Shown in pieces: positions 1 through 13,610 of a stretch of 64,000 bases of DNA (position 1 is the stretch's first letter; each line of letters begins with the position of its first letter). The notes beneath the pieces were generated by a model, which saw nothing but the letters and a program-made list of their open reading frames with translations, was not told where the DNA came from and ran no database searches. Origin of the DNA: Lytechinus pictus (lineage: Eukaryota); NCBI RefSeq assembly GCF_037042905.1, contig NC_087252.1:13456001-13520000 (forward strand), in the 5' to 3' direction. The translations under genes and the position numbers were made by a program.

Positions 1-19
1 CGTAATTTGAGTGAGACTA

Positions 20-183
20 ATACCTCGGTCACATTTGCTCTACGGCGGCCGTACTGCGAGTTGAAAATAGCCGTTTTATCATTTTGTGTACCAGCTACAT
101 ATAGGTGGTTTGAATTAAAATAAATTAAACGGCTGTTTTCGACTCGCCGTACGGCCACCGTAGAGCAAATGTGACCAAGGTAT
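20..183. mobile_element. Short palindromic MITE
   Basis: ~55-bp TIR atacctcggtcacatttgctctacgg / ccgtagagcaaatgtgaccaaggtat, TA-flanked; not seen at the unit 2 equivalent (~22980). Confidence 0.75.
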
Positions 184-1355
184 TAAATGGACTGAGTACA
201 CCTAAAAGATGGCTTGACCAATGAACTAGAAATAGGTATAGGCCTATAATAGCTAACAATAGTTATTGTAAACGAACAATAGAAAATATTGACGTGAAAA
301 GACAGGCAGACGTGACACTTGAAAAGAAAGCGTTTTTAGTCTACTTCTGGTGTTGTGTATACCCACCAACTTGCAGGCTTGAGGCCGGCGTCGGAGGCGG
401 CTTCAAACCCGACGCATGTGTATCTTGGGCCTTATTTTCTCTGATTTCTTTGTCAAATAAAAACTATAAAATGAAATTACGACAGACGGTCCAATGACCA
501 TTGCACGTCTTTGTTTACATAATCATTAAACAAATCGTATTAATTCAAAATAAATCACACGAAATGTCGTATATTAAAGCGGCCTTTCATTGACAAATCA
601 TGGGGGAGAAGGGATTCAAGTCTTTCACTCGGCTGCATGCCTGGGGTGTTATGTGAGACACCGGCAAGTCTGGGAGGTCTAAAGGAGAGCAATAGTTAGT
701 AGACTAACTAACCAGAATTAAACTTTCACTTTGAAACATGTAACTTCGCAGAGGTTATTTATTTTAGCAATCAAGAGACCTGCTAGGAGTCTAGAATTTG
801 GGATTGTTGGAAACTGGAACTACGATGATCCGAAGTAAATAACCATCACGAGTTTGGTCAAATCTGTGCTGTCCGAACCTTTATCGCATTAGTCCAACAT
901 GCGCTCATGACGGACGGATTGTATTATGCAAGTCAATTGGCCTTTTGCAAATTTCGTATTGATTCATTTTCCCCATGGTTTGTCAGTGGCTGGGCCCTTT
1001 AAAACAATGAATCTTTAAATTCTTTGCATATTCAATCATTGTCGCACTAAACCGTTTATGGCTGAGAGAGAAAAAAATGTTTTGTGCGCCATCACTAGGA
1101 AGTCATGAGACAAAAAAAAATAGAAAAAGTATGGTGCGCACGGGGGTGCGCATTTATTTACTAGGCCTACTTATACGTTGTCAATTTATTAAATTCAATT
1201 AGTTGAATTAAAAAATAAAGACGTACAAACTTATACACTTATCGCAATCCTGAAGGAATCGTGTAATATTTATAGATTCTTTTTCCCTTCATTTTTCTGT
1301 GTTAAAAATCGAATTTTGGCAACACCACTGGACCAATCCCCAGTTTCGCTTGCAG

Positions 1356-3997
1356 ACGATGATATGGACAAATGCAAAGCAGTCATTCTGGACTTAAAAG
1401 GTAAGTGTAAGGCTAACTGAAAAAAAAAATCAATTGAGGGAAAGTCAACTTGCTAAAAGTTAGACGTAAAGTCTTAAGTATAGAACTGTAAAAATTTGCA
1501 AGGGGATGGAGCTGATCAACACTTTGTGTTGTCTCTCATTTATGGAACGCCAAGTGTACAGGCACGTATTTTGTTACAAAAACACCCTACAATTCTTATT
1601 TTGTTACAAAATCAATCGACAGAAATGATTTTGTAACAAAGTAAACCGACAGTAATGATTTTGTTACAATTTTGTTACAAAATCAATCGGCAGAAATGAA
1701 CTTGTTACAAATAAACCGACATTGGATAATGGATATAGGCCTACATGTTTACAATTCTGATCTTTGAGGGATATTTTCGTGGGATTGCACCCAAAAAGTT
1801 ACCCAAAACAGTCGCTTCTGTCAAATTCTTAGTAGGGTGTAGGTCCTAGATCTATGTCTATTTAGTTACTCTAACTTTTTAGAACTAGATCTCAGTAATT
1901 TACGCCTAGTCTAACAGTAACAAGTTTAATATATCATTAGCACAAATCAAAATAGCCAACCCACTTAAGGCCGAAACAGTCAAGATCTCTAACATTCATT
2001 ACATCTACCGTATCTAGTCTGAATAGATCTAATGTCAGTGTTAAAAACTTGGATCTAGACAAACGGTAGACCTAGTCCTACTCTACTGATCTGCTTATTT
2101 AAATAGGCCTAGCGTTAAAAGTTATATAGGCCTAAAGTTAGATCTAACCATTACTAATGTTAGATCTACTCTAGATCTAGAATCTCGTATAACGTTAGAT
2201 CATCTAACTGTAAGGTTTAACTTATTTGACTTGCTAACTAGTTAACCTGTTAGTCTAAATCTGAAGTTCGATCCCAATTTCAACACTAACAATAACATTA
2301 CATTGATCAAGGGTTTCATAAGTTAGACCTAACGTTAGATCTAACTTGGCCTATGGTACATATAGATGTAATAAACGCTACACTTACACTAGATTCTACA
2401 GTGATTCTTTGTGTTAATGATACTGTTAACTGCTAACATTTTTAGGATTAGGTCTTTTCCTTGTCACTTTCACTAGACATGGTGTCAGATGCTGCCGCCA
2501 CTGATGCCTAGCGTTAATTTAAGCCTAGCGCCTACTCTTGATATCGATTGTACGTACGAGTGAAAAATATCGTTCATTTAGCTCGATTACAAAATCAAAA
2601 TGAACAATTACGAAATCAAATTATAAACGACCACAAAATCATTCCTCTCAATTGATTTTGTAACAAAATCATTTCTGTTGATTGATTTTGTAAAAAAATC
2701 ATTACTGCCAATTGATTTGTAACAAAATCAGTTCTGTCGGATGTTTTTGTAACAATATCATTGTTGTCGGTTTATTTTGTAACAAAATCATTCCCGTCGT
2801 TTGATTAAGTAACAGAATTGTAACAAAATCATTACTGTCGGTTTACTTTGTAACAAAATCATTGCTGTCGTTTGATTTTGTAACAAAATAAGAATTGCAG
2901 GGTGTTTCTGTTACAAAATCATTGATCTTGTAACAGAATACGTGACTTTACACTTGGCGCCCCATACTCATTGCATGTGTGTAATGAATAACTAGTACTG
3001 AATCATTCATTTTGAGATAACCATCATTATAAACAGGGTGAATTATCAAATGATTTTAATCCGAGAAAAAAACTAGATATTTTTTTAAAAGACAGAAGCA
3101 TTTTTTTTGCTACGTTGTAACATAATTAGTGTGGTATGAAAGCACTGAGTGTTTGATTAATGTTTTGTCATTCAAGGGGCCTTTATTACAAGATTACACA
3201 GCTAAGAATGTTGTATTTTTCTGGCCAGATGTAGGTCGCAGGGGCCGCGGAACCGGGGGGGGGGGGGGGGCGGGGGGGCTTCCCCCCACTTTTTTCCAAA
3301 ACCGTGTACAAAAACGTAAAAATGACCATATGATTGTGATTTTTAGCATGGTCAGCCCTCCCACTTTTGGCTCAGCCCCCCCACTTTGAAAACCGTTCCG
3401 CGGCCCCTGGGTCGTTAATGACTTGAGGTGGCGCTTTTAAAGCTGCTGGTTTGTTTCTCTCTTTAATGGTGTCAATTAATTATAAGGCCTACTCAACCAA
3501 TCACGTGGGGCTAAATAACCAGATTTAGGAGTGAACTTTCCGATGTCTCTTGTCATAACTGATAATTGCAATCATAACACAGACGCCTTCTACAACGCAA
3601 AAAATCTATTGAAATTGCAACTCAAATCACAATTAATGGACAGCCGAGAGTTTTTTTTTTGTCAAAGGTTGATGGGCCGGGACAGCAGACCGTCCGAAGA
3701 TTCGGACCAGACGAAAAAATCGCAATATGTGGTCTGTCCCCTGGTGTTATAATTCCCCAGTTTTCGACCAGGGACTTTTTGTCATTTAAGATCTCTGCGT
3801 TATAGAAAGCGTCTGCGTATTGATTGCTAAGAAGTGTCCCAATAACAATACTTAAAATCACGATCGTAATTATGATGATAACGATAGTAATAATGATTAT
3901 ATAGATTATACCAGAAACCTTACCTCACACTTCCCTGATGTTACTATACTACTACTACTATATACTGCTGCTACTACTAGTACTTCTTCTTCTTCTT

Positions 3998-4061
<64 letters not shown>

Positions 4062-4207
4062 TACTACTCCTACTTGTAGTGATTCTACTACTACTACTAC
4101 TACTACTACTACATCTACTACTACTAGAACTAATTCTACTACTACTACTACTACTACCACTACTACCACTACTACTACTACTACAATACTACATTGCTAC
4201 ACTACTA

Positions 4208-4246
<39 letters not shown>

Positions 4247-7200
4247 AACTAGACTAGCAGCAACAATTATAGTTGCAGCTGAATATGGGCTACCAGTCGT
4301 AATTGTATCTTGCTTGTATACTGTACATTTTTTATTTGTAAAACTGTATATTTTTTATCTTACGGAAATAAAAGCAACAACATCTAATTATAACTTACTC
4401 AGAACGGATCCAAATGAGAAATGAAGAAACACAATATAGCTATCTGTACTGTTAAAACACCAGCTATATGGCTTTATGACATTATCCATGCGAATAAAGC
4501 GTCACAGCAGGGAACATTCAATGCTATACAGTGCGTCCCATAAAAAACGAAACCGAGATTTAGCGATGATTTATCATAACTTAATCACAAATAAAATAAA
4601 CAAATGACCTACCAATGTAAAGCTTAGAATCTCCGCTTTCATCTGATATTACTTAGATTATTCCTCCTTCATGCATGAGTGAGCAAAAACAAAATGAAGA
4701 GGGGATACCAAAAAGTCATTTGGCGGGGTGTATCTAGCTTTCAAAAGGAAAACCACATTTTTAAAAAGTTCAATATCTGCTCTTTAATTTGATACCTCAA
4801 TTACAGAAAATTGTCAAAAAAAAAAAAAGTTCTGGTTATTTAAAATAAGGCTTGAAGTTCAATAATTTCATAAAATGAAGAGCTTTTACAGGCTAGCGTT
4901 CTAACTCACTCGACACTCCGTTTTGTTTACGATCAGCCATGCTTTAAGTCTTTTGTTAACCATGCGATAGCTTCTGTGGGAAACCGGTGAAAACAGTTTA
5001 TTTAATGAAATTATGGAAATTCAAGCCTTATTTCAAATAACCAGAACTTTGTTATTTCTTGACCATTTTCTGTAATTGAGGTATCAAATTAAAGAGCAGA
5101 TATTGAACTTTTAAGACATGTGATTTTCTTTTTGAAATTCATATACCCCCCGCAAAATGAGTTTTTGGTATCCTTCCTTCAAATTATTTTTGCTCACTCA
5201 TGCGTGAATGAAGAATAATCTAAGTAATATCAGATGAAAGAAGAGATTCTAAGCTTTACATTGGTAGGTCATTTGTCTATTTTATTGTTGATTAAGTTAT
5301 GATAAATCATCGCTAAATCTCGGTTTTGTTTTTCCTGGGACGCACTGTATAGGCGGCAATGCGAGTAGGCCTATTAGCCCCTATTAGCTGAATCATATGC
5401 TTTCAGCACTGAAATGATTTGTTTCCATTGTTTTATATTCTGATGGGTGGGACTCATCACATATCTTAAAACTGTTTGCAACTTGAATTTTAACAAATAA
5501 AATACGTGAACTAGGGACTTGCAACTGGGTTTTATTTTCAGTTGTAATTAAACGACACCGCCTTTTTGCAACGGACCCCAAGATACAAAGGATCTCCAGC
5601 GTATTCATAATGTCCCCATTTAGAGATTAAAGGTAGACGTTTTTACTATTCCAAACGGCAAACAATTATGCTTAAAAAAAACTCTTTTCAGATCCGGAAC
5701 TTTCCATTGCTAGTATCAGGCAGATGACTCCGTACTCCGAACCCGACAGACACTCTCATCAGGGAATATACAACTGCAGTAGGCCAACCGTTTGCATGAA
5801 AATGACTACAACGGGTAAGTCTACCGTGTGAGTAAAACATTACTTGACACCTGACAAGTCCCCACCAAATTAGACCAAAGTAAGGTATGACTTATAATGA
5901 ATGAATCTAGATGTCAAATACATAATTTTCCTATACAACGGTTGCATTAACATTCAAAAAAGCTATTCAATGATTTACATTATAATTGTTCAATAAACGA
6001 TTTTAGTATCAATTCTCACGTCTATTTCATTGAAAAGGGATTTGCAAATAGTTCTACTCTCCCATTTAGTATTATGACATCATTGGCATCTGGATTCATT
6101 CATTGTAGTCATACCGTACTTTGGCGCAAGTCAAAATTCACATCACTGCAAAGAATACCTACTGATTATGCAAGCGTGACGACATATCACATAATTATGG
6201 TATCAAATCAACTGGGAGAAGATATTTTCGAGAGATATATAATGATTATGCGTTTATGACATATTTTTATCCTATAAAATTGGGATTAGTGAGGCGTCAA
6301 GTTATTTTCTTACTCACACGGGGTAGATATAAATTATTTTTCAAACTTGATGTACAATAAAACAAATAAACAACTAGGTCACTTCGGCTTTGCCTGAATA
6401 TAATAAGACCATGTTTTAAACAAACTAATAGCCTAGGCATATCACACGAGCTATTATGAGTTTTCGCGCCGTGGCTTAATGAGGGACCAAGAACAAATTA
6501 AGTACGTCAAAAATAACAGATGACAAAGACAACTGGGAGGTAATTGCCGAAAGTTGGTGAACCGGAACAGCAGTTTCATCTTCAGTTCCTGAGCTAACGA
6601 AAAATTGCACAAATGTTTGTCTAGAGTCAGGGACGAAAATGTAGTTTTTATTCACCTACAATTTTTGATAAAGTTTTCCTGGTTGTTCTTTGTCATAGAA
6701 GGCCTTTCATCAAGGTTCTTGTAACGCCCACCAGATTGTTTTCATCGATCTTGTCGAGTAAAGCTATAGCCTGGCAGCCAAAAATATATTGAATGATCTG
6801 GGAACATCCATTTATTTAATATACAATCTACCTTTAACGGGGCCAGTCAAATTCAATTGGACGGCGTCAATCTGGATACATCTGGATTCCCCGTTTGAAC
6901 TAAGAATGTTGGCTGATCAAGATATTTTGATCCAGATTACCATGCTGAGAAAAGGGTTTCGATCTAGTTGATCTGTTCGGCGCTAGTACTAATATTAGGG
7001 CTTAGTTTGTCTAGTTCGGCAGGTAGGCCTTTACGCCTGCTTTGGTCAAATACCCATTTCGAAAAGGTAAGTCTACAAGTTATTACTATTATAGTAGCTT
7101 CATGTACATTGAACCATCAGCACCAATTTGCTTGCCCTTATCATTATTTTATGTTTACTAATTGTAATGTTACGGTCACATTGTTTGTTTGTTTGTATAT

Positions 7201-9312
7201 GTATTTATTTCCATATAACAATACAATATATACATGCTCAATTTAACATAACGTACAGATCATATTGAGGATGGCCCATTTCAGCGGTATTGGTAAAATA
7301 CCACTGTTCTTCCATGGGGTCCTTTAAGGAGATCACCTCCAGACTGACCAAATTATGTACTGCGTTATCCCCCCCCCCTGGGGAAAATACTTGGTTAGGG
7401 TGCTTTTGGGGACCCCGTGGTCGCACATGGTATCCACTCGTCAATGGAAGTGGCCCCACCCCGCGGGTTATTTCCAATGGTATTCCTCCGATCGAATTGC
7501 ATTCGGTTCCGCCGTGTGACTTGGCACAACCATTCATGCATACCTGTATATTGTATTTCTACAAGGTCTAAGAAGATATCACCCTGTGTTTCCCAAGGCT
7601 CTAGTGGATTGTGCCGATGTCCAGGAAAGTGGGATAAATTCCAGTGGAATCTACAGTATCCATCCTGATGGGATCAAAGAACCTCTAAAGGTCTACTGTG
7701 ACATGACCACTGCTGGAGGTGGCTGGACGGTAAGTTGACCCTATATAGTGGCATTACAGAGCTTCCGCATTTACTACGGAGCCGCTCTCTACAACGCAGC
7801 AATTCCTTTGAAAATGCAAGTCAAATATCACAATGGAAAGCTGGGGGCTTTTGTTCAAAGTCAGTGGACCGGGACAGCAGCGTAGTCTCTTGATTCTGGA
7901 CAACGACATATTTGCAATGTGCTTCCGGTGCAAATCTTTGGATGATCTGCTGTCCCGGTCCACCAACTTAATTTCGACAAAAGCCTCTCAGCTCTGCATT
8001 GTGATTGGTCTTGCATTTTCAAAGGAATTGGTGCGTTGTAGATAGCTGCTAAGTAGTAAATGTGGAAACTCTCTATTGTTTGTGCGTCCCAGAAAAAAAG
8101 AAGTCAATCTTTAAAGACAGATATCATCATCATGAAATACGTCTAGATCTGAATGTTAAGAAGTGAAGTTTTATGCTTAAAATGTCTTGAAATCACTTGA
8201 TATAATATGCAGAACATTTTTTGAATATATGTTGCACCGGTAATGTGGACGATATTATGTCCGATTGTATTTTACGTTGAAGCTCTAGAATGAGGATAGG
8301 ATATCTCCAACAAACAAGAAACAAAATATTTTCTTCAATCTGTAGGTATTCCAAAGGCGAATGAACGGTTCAGTTGATTTCAATGCAAATTCACTCTATA
8401 AGGATGGTTTTGGGAGTGTTTGGGGAGAACATTGGTTAGGAAACCAGAATGTATATCACCTGACGAATCAGCGCCCTTGCGAGCTCCGGATAGACCTCTA
8501 CGACTTCAAAGGGAACACGGTGCATGCGACCTACAGCCACTTCAGCATTTCCAACGAGACCATGAAATATGAATTGAGGCTGGGTTTATTTTCTGGAGGA
8601 GGGGCAGGTAAAACGTACAGCCTTCTCTTCTTTCCATTCCCCCTCCCCCTCACCATTCTGATGCGATAATGTGTCACAAACGAACGTTTGTGGTATCTAT
8701 GGTGGTATCTATATCTATTGTCTATAAGATGGATAGAGCTGTAACTCCCTCGTTTGAGCTCCCACCCCCCTCCCCCAAAAAAGAATACCCTAAAGGTGAA
8801 AGGTCAAGGGTGCATGGAGTTCCCTATGGACGTTTCACAATTTTTTTAGCGTATGTGCGTGCGAGTGCGTACGTGGAGTACTTTACGCGTTGGTACGGCC
8901 TCATATATATACCTACTTTCTTTCCCTAATTTGCCTCAAATTCGTACGTGCGGCATCGCACAAAAAGCTTTATCCAGCTTATGAATATTCATATCGATGG
9001 TCTAAGTCGAGTTCTTACGATCTCGACCCTCGATTTTATCCTTCAGGAGACTGCCTCACACATTACAACGGACACAAATTCAGCACCAGAGATCAAGACA
9101 ATGATTTGTATGACGAATTCAACTGCGCTGAGGGTTACCAAGCTGGATGGTGGTATAAAAATACGTCGGAACGGATGTGCAGCCTGAATGGGATTTACAT
9201 TAATGAAGACGTTATAATTTGGAAATTTAATAAGGGCATACTTTGGTCTTGTTGGGGTATAAACTCTCTTAAAGGAAGTGAAATGAAGCTCCGTCCGTTT
9301 TCTGAGGCTTGA
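1356..9312 (+). CDS. Fibrinogen-related domain (FReD) protein, copy 1; 5'-partial (signal-peptide exon lies upstream of the window)
   Basis: Phase-consistent AG/GT exons at 1356-1400, 5692-5814, 7566-7729, 8346-8607 and 9047-9312. FReD motifs DCADV, VYCDMTTAGGGWT|VFQRR, YKDGFG, GEHWLGN, KFSTRDQDND, GWWY, SEMKLRP. No stops, but a 3-nt deletion removes a conserved Trp. Confidence 0.9.
1541..2966. mobile_element. Foldback-like non-autonomous TIR element with ~30-bp subterminal tandem repeats
   Basis: TIR tatgg..cgccaagtgta / tacacttggcgccccata; 6-bp TSD ctcatt (1535-1540, 2967-2972); inverted arrays of aatgattttgttacaaaatca. Left arm only in unit 2 (~25200-25470). Confidence 0.8.
3239..3409. 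mobile_element. GC-rich MITE with 5-bp TSD
   Basis: TIR caggggccgcggaac / gttccgcggcccctg; TSD ggtcg. Confidence 0.8.
3940..4250. repeat. (CTA)n microsatellite
   Basis: Seen directly; paralog at 27850-28150. Confidence 0.97.
4529..5347. mobile_element. Tc1/mariner-type palindromic MITE (family A)
   Basis: TA|CAGTGCGTCCCA...TGGGACGCACTG|TA with ~350-bp inverted arms; not present at the unit 2 equivalent (~28250-28300). Confidence 0.88.
7369..7466. mobile_element. 98-bp CCC/GG-terminated insertion with 5-bp TSD
   Basis: TSD gttat at 7364-7368 and 7467-7471; empty site cttcgttatttcc at ~29980. Confidence 0.65.
7755..8073. mobile_element. Palindromic MITE in FReD intron 4, predating the duplication
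   Basis: Arms tacaacgca..cctttgaaaatgcaag..ggaccgggacagcag and their reverse complement; paralog at ~30280-30600; relatives at ~3570-3830 and ~26750-27020. Confidence 0.7.
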
Positions 9313-10168
9313 ACTTCACGAGCGAAAGCAAACCTAGTTCGGGTCAATTACATAAAGTTATATGTTGACTACTAATTTGGCCTCATTAAAATTTTCAAAG
9401 GGGAGGATAGCTCTGGGGAACTTTGATTTAAGCTACGCACATCCCCATCTTTATCCCCATTTCTCTCACAACACACACACACACACACATGCGCACGCAC
9501 ACTTTCATTTAAATGCTGTCGAGAGTAGATGGAGAAAAAATAACGTTGGTAATAATCCGTGACAGCGGCGGAAACACATTTATAGACATTCAATTCATTG
9601 ACGCAATCACGCAGCAGCTATCTTAATGGCAGTGCCATTGTCTTACGTTAACCTGCAGCTGGTGCATCTCTGACATACTGCCGTTTACGTATATTAATAA
9701 AGCCTCTTAGGGAAGGCGCAACGATATTTGTACGTCAAAGACATTAATATCTATAGTGCGTCACAGAAAAAGGTAAACTAGGATTCCCATGTTTTTTTTT
9801 CTTCACAAGCAAATAAATTATATTTAATTTACGTCTTCATACAATGTAATATTCCTATATATTTTGATAACTAACATGAGACGAACGCGTTAATAAGCGA
9901 CTTTAAAAATTGCGGGTTGTGCGTAAAAATTGGACAAGATTGGTTCATGATACGACGACCGTGGTAATTCGATGATATTCATGATATTTGTTAAGTTTCT
10001 CTCACTGATCCATGAAAAGAAAGTGGATTCAGATTCACACATGAGTGTCTGCTGCAATCGTTTCTGTGTGCCTCGTGTGCCAATGCGCGAACGATTTGCA
10101 AAGCTGTTGGTCCAGATGAGATTCCACTCTTACCCTAAGTACCAAATTTATAGTAAAAACACATTTAA

Positions 10169-10763
10169 AGGACAAGTCCACCCCAACAAAAAGTTGATTT
10201 GAATAAAAAGAGAAAAATCCGATTAGCATAACACTGAAAATTTCATCAAAATCGGATGTAAAATAAGAAAGTTATGACATTTTAGAGTTTTGCTTAATTT
10301 CACAAAACAGTTATATGCACATCCTGGTGGGTATGCAAATGAGGAGACTGATGACGTCATCCACTCACTATGTATTTTATTTTTTATTATATGAAACAGG
10401 GAATATTCTATTTTTTCTCCTCATTGTCAAGTGAAACAATGATTAATTCCTCCCTGAACATGTGGAATGAGCATTGTTTTATAATACATGATTCAGTCAA
10501 GTTGGTCCTTATTGTCAAATCTTTAAAAAATGAAATATTGTATACTTCAAACAATAAAAAACAAAATTAATAGTGAGTGAGGGACATCATCGACTGTCTC
10601 ATTTGAGTTGTGCATATCACTGTTTTGTGAAAAATAAACTAAACTTTAAGATGTCATAACTTTCTTATTTTACATCCGATTTTGATGAAATTTTTCAGTG
10701 TTTTGGTCGTTTGATTTTTCTCATTTTATTCAAATCAACATTTTTATGGGGTGGACTTGACCT
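10169..10763. mobile_element. Kolobok-type MITE (family B), TTAA TSD
   Basis: TTAA|AGGACAAGTCCACCCC...GGGGTGGACTTGACCT|TTAA; empty site acatttaacaattg at ~33512. Confidence 0.85.
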
Positions 10764-11454
10764 TTAACAATTTTGTGAAAACTGTCACTGAAAACGAGTT
10801 TCCCTTATTTGTGGGACGTATTGTATTTCTAACTTGCATCTTGGGATGTTTGTGTCTGTATGTGACAATTAACCTGCAATCGAGGACGTTAGGGGGAAAT
10901 GCAAATTTATTTTTTGTCTTCAAATTATTCTATTTTCATCCAGTTGGGTATCTGTAAGTTACTTGAGAAAGAGAAAGAGAGAGAGAGCATAAAATTGTCT
11001 TTCTTTATTCCGCTCTGGTATGCTGCAATCTCACCAGCGAATAGCTGCAAATAGCTTTTGCAGGTCTGGGCCCCGTCTTACAGAGAGTTACGATTGACCG
11101 TAACCCTATGGAAATCCGTCTTTGTCATATTTTTTTGTACAGGAAATTCGCAAACTGTCCTTTGTAAACAAAGGCGAACACACCAAAATGTCAAGAAATC
11201 GCTGGATTTCTAAATATACATCATATCTAGAATTAATCTATGGAACAAACATGCATTTTTAGATGTGGGCGTTGCTGGCGTTCCATAGTTGAGGTTGATC
11301 AGATTAATCTCAACTCTTTGTTAGACGGTGCCCAGGAGTGTGGAATGTGATTGCGAGGTTACCGATGACATCATACGCGAAGTTCCATAACATTCTGGTA
11401 CGAAACGAAAACGAAATGTACACATAAACTATCAGATCATTTTCATATTGAATT

Positions 11455-11655
11455 AATAATAATGATAATAATCCGCTTTTATAAATGTATAGCGCTTAAT
11501 ACATTGGAACGACGTGTCTAAGCGCTTTACAGTATATTATTACCCCGGTCATCGGATTCAATCAGTCATTCCCGCACATAATGTGTGCACATCCTCCACT
11601 CCCCCTGGGGAGTATTCCAGTCAGTCGCCGGTGAGGCGCACACAGTACTGGACAA
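11455..11655 (-). mobile_element. SINE/L2-tail-like fragment shared by units 1 and 2
   Basis: Minus strand reads tgtaaagcgc..aagcgctat..(ATT)n; paralog at ~39393-39590; absent at ~47085 in the third fragment. Confidence 0.6.
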
Positions 11656-12819
11656 TACTTATGAATTCAGAAATATATTCTTCAATGATCGTATTTCCAT
11701 TCGGCACATAAAACAGTTACGTCGGCTACATAACAACAGGGATATCCCTGATAACAATGAACCTATCCATAAAGTATATTTTAGATATGAATAAATTTTA
11801 ATTGAAGTAGAAAGAAAAAATTATACAAACTCAACGACTTACTCTAATAATGATTATGATCAATTGATCAATCTCGTACAAAAGAACATCCAACTATATC
11901 TACAATAGGAATCTACAAGGAATATGAAAAAGAGGTAAATAAAAGAAAAGAGAAGTGATTATGGAAAGATAGAGAAAAAAGATCTGAATGAAGAGGGAAA
12001 GGAGGACAAGAACAAAGAAGAGGAGAAAAATATAGAAAATGAAATCAAACAGGAAGAATAAATAGCAAAAGAAAGTAAAGATGAGTAAAAAAAAATCAAG
12101 GGCACGTTTCATGAAAAGCATTGTCTGTAATTCAAGAAAAAACTGCTGTTAATACTTGCATGCGATTGACTGGGGGCAACTTGTAAGCGGATATCCCCGA
12201 CAAAACTGTCCATGACATTCTCCCGAGTTACATGTAATTTTTGTTGAAGGTGAACGACAAGTTTAATACACGACAAATATATACGTTACGAGGAAGAAGA
12301 CAATTCAGAATATAATTACGCAATGACATTATACACCATAATATTCACAAAAAAAAAAGAATATGATACGCATATTTCGTGTAAAATGTTTATGATTCAT
12401 GTATATACAAAATTCCAATAGATATGATCCTCCGTATAGGTCTATTCACCCAATCCAGTAAGGCCTAAGATTAATTACAAAGGTCCCCCAAATGTACACA
12501 CATTTACAGTGACATAGTTTCCATAGAATTTAGTCTAACGCAGATGACATTTTATCACATGTTAACAGACTGCAGGTATAGATTTCCTTCCAATAATGCT
12601 AGATTATTAGCTTATTTCATCATTCAAATGTTTCAGTTTGATAAAACCACTAAGAAGCAGTTTAAATTGCAAGCATAATCTATAAACCCGTTATCTGGTA
12701 AGAAATGAATTAAAAGTATGAGGGAAAAATGATGAAATGCTATCTTAAATTAGATTTTTTAATGCCTTTACGTTTGAAAAAATAGTAAAAGGAACATAGT
12801 GAATACTATTACGAATTGT

Positions 12820-12829
12820 ATTACTACAG

Positions 12830-12873
<44 letters not shown>

Positions 12874-12882
12874 TTTACTACT

Positions 12883-12957
<75 letters not shown>

Positions 12958-12964
12958 TTTACTA

Positions 12965-13016
<52 letters not shown>

Positions 13017-13034
13017 AACTACTACTAACACTAT

Positions 13035-13088
<54 letters not shown>

Positions 13089-13106
13089 AACTACTACTAA
13101 CACTAT

Positions 13107-13140
<34 letters not shown>

Positions 13141-13180
13141 GCTACTACTACTACTACTACTACTACTAATTCTACTACAT
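12820..13180. repeat. (CTA)n microsatellite with higher-order internal duplications
   Basis: Interrupting motifs ttctaccactactacttttact and acaactactactaacactattact each occur twice. Confidence 0.97.
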
Positions 13181-13610
13181 CCAAATACCTGGTCGTAACA
13201 TAGAAAACCGATACTTTGTGTATTCAAAGGTTTGGCCATCACAATTCAGCAAAATCAATTAATCCCTTCTTCATAATCAATATAAGGATGTTTGATAAAC
13301 CATTCGTGGCTTGAAAATAAGACCATGATTATTTGCATGGTTGAGTGATCTCATGGCCAAAATGGCCATGCTCGAGCGCACTCATTGTCCATTATTTTAT
13401 CTCCTTGATGGCAAAAGTGTTGGCCTTTCAGACACCTAGATTTTTTTAGTACACCTTTGTGGAGTGTAATAAAAGAGAATAGGCCCATGATAGCTGCATA
13501 GCACAGTCCGAAAAACATATTTACAGCTTCCTTTGCTGCTGAATCCGGCAGAATTAGCCAACAAATTATTCTACTTAAATTAGATAAAAGTTGAACTTTC
13601 AATTACTAAT

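Noticed and set aside
1560..2940. Regular ~30-bp repeats resembling a CRISPR array
   Set aside because: No unique spacers, no cas genes, eukaryotic context; they are inverted subterminal repeats of a TIR element.
3906..4424. Poly-V/L/T/Y/S ORFs here and at 12745-13242, 40380-40812 and 47998-48696
   Set aside because: Translations of (CTA)n microsatellites; length differs between paralogs and no exon structure.
8890..9046. N-terminal extensions of ORFs 8890-9312 and 31213-31842
   Set aside because: Intron read-through; FReD homology starts at the acceptors 9047 and 31577.
11900..12121. Hydrophobic Phe/Leu-rich ORF conserved at 39823-40023 and 47252-47572 (similar at 55980-56248)
   Set aside because: Reverse complement of purine-rich low-complexity DNA; conservation reflects the duplication.
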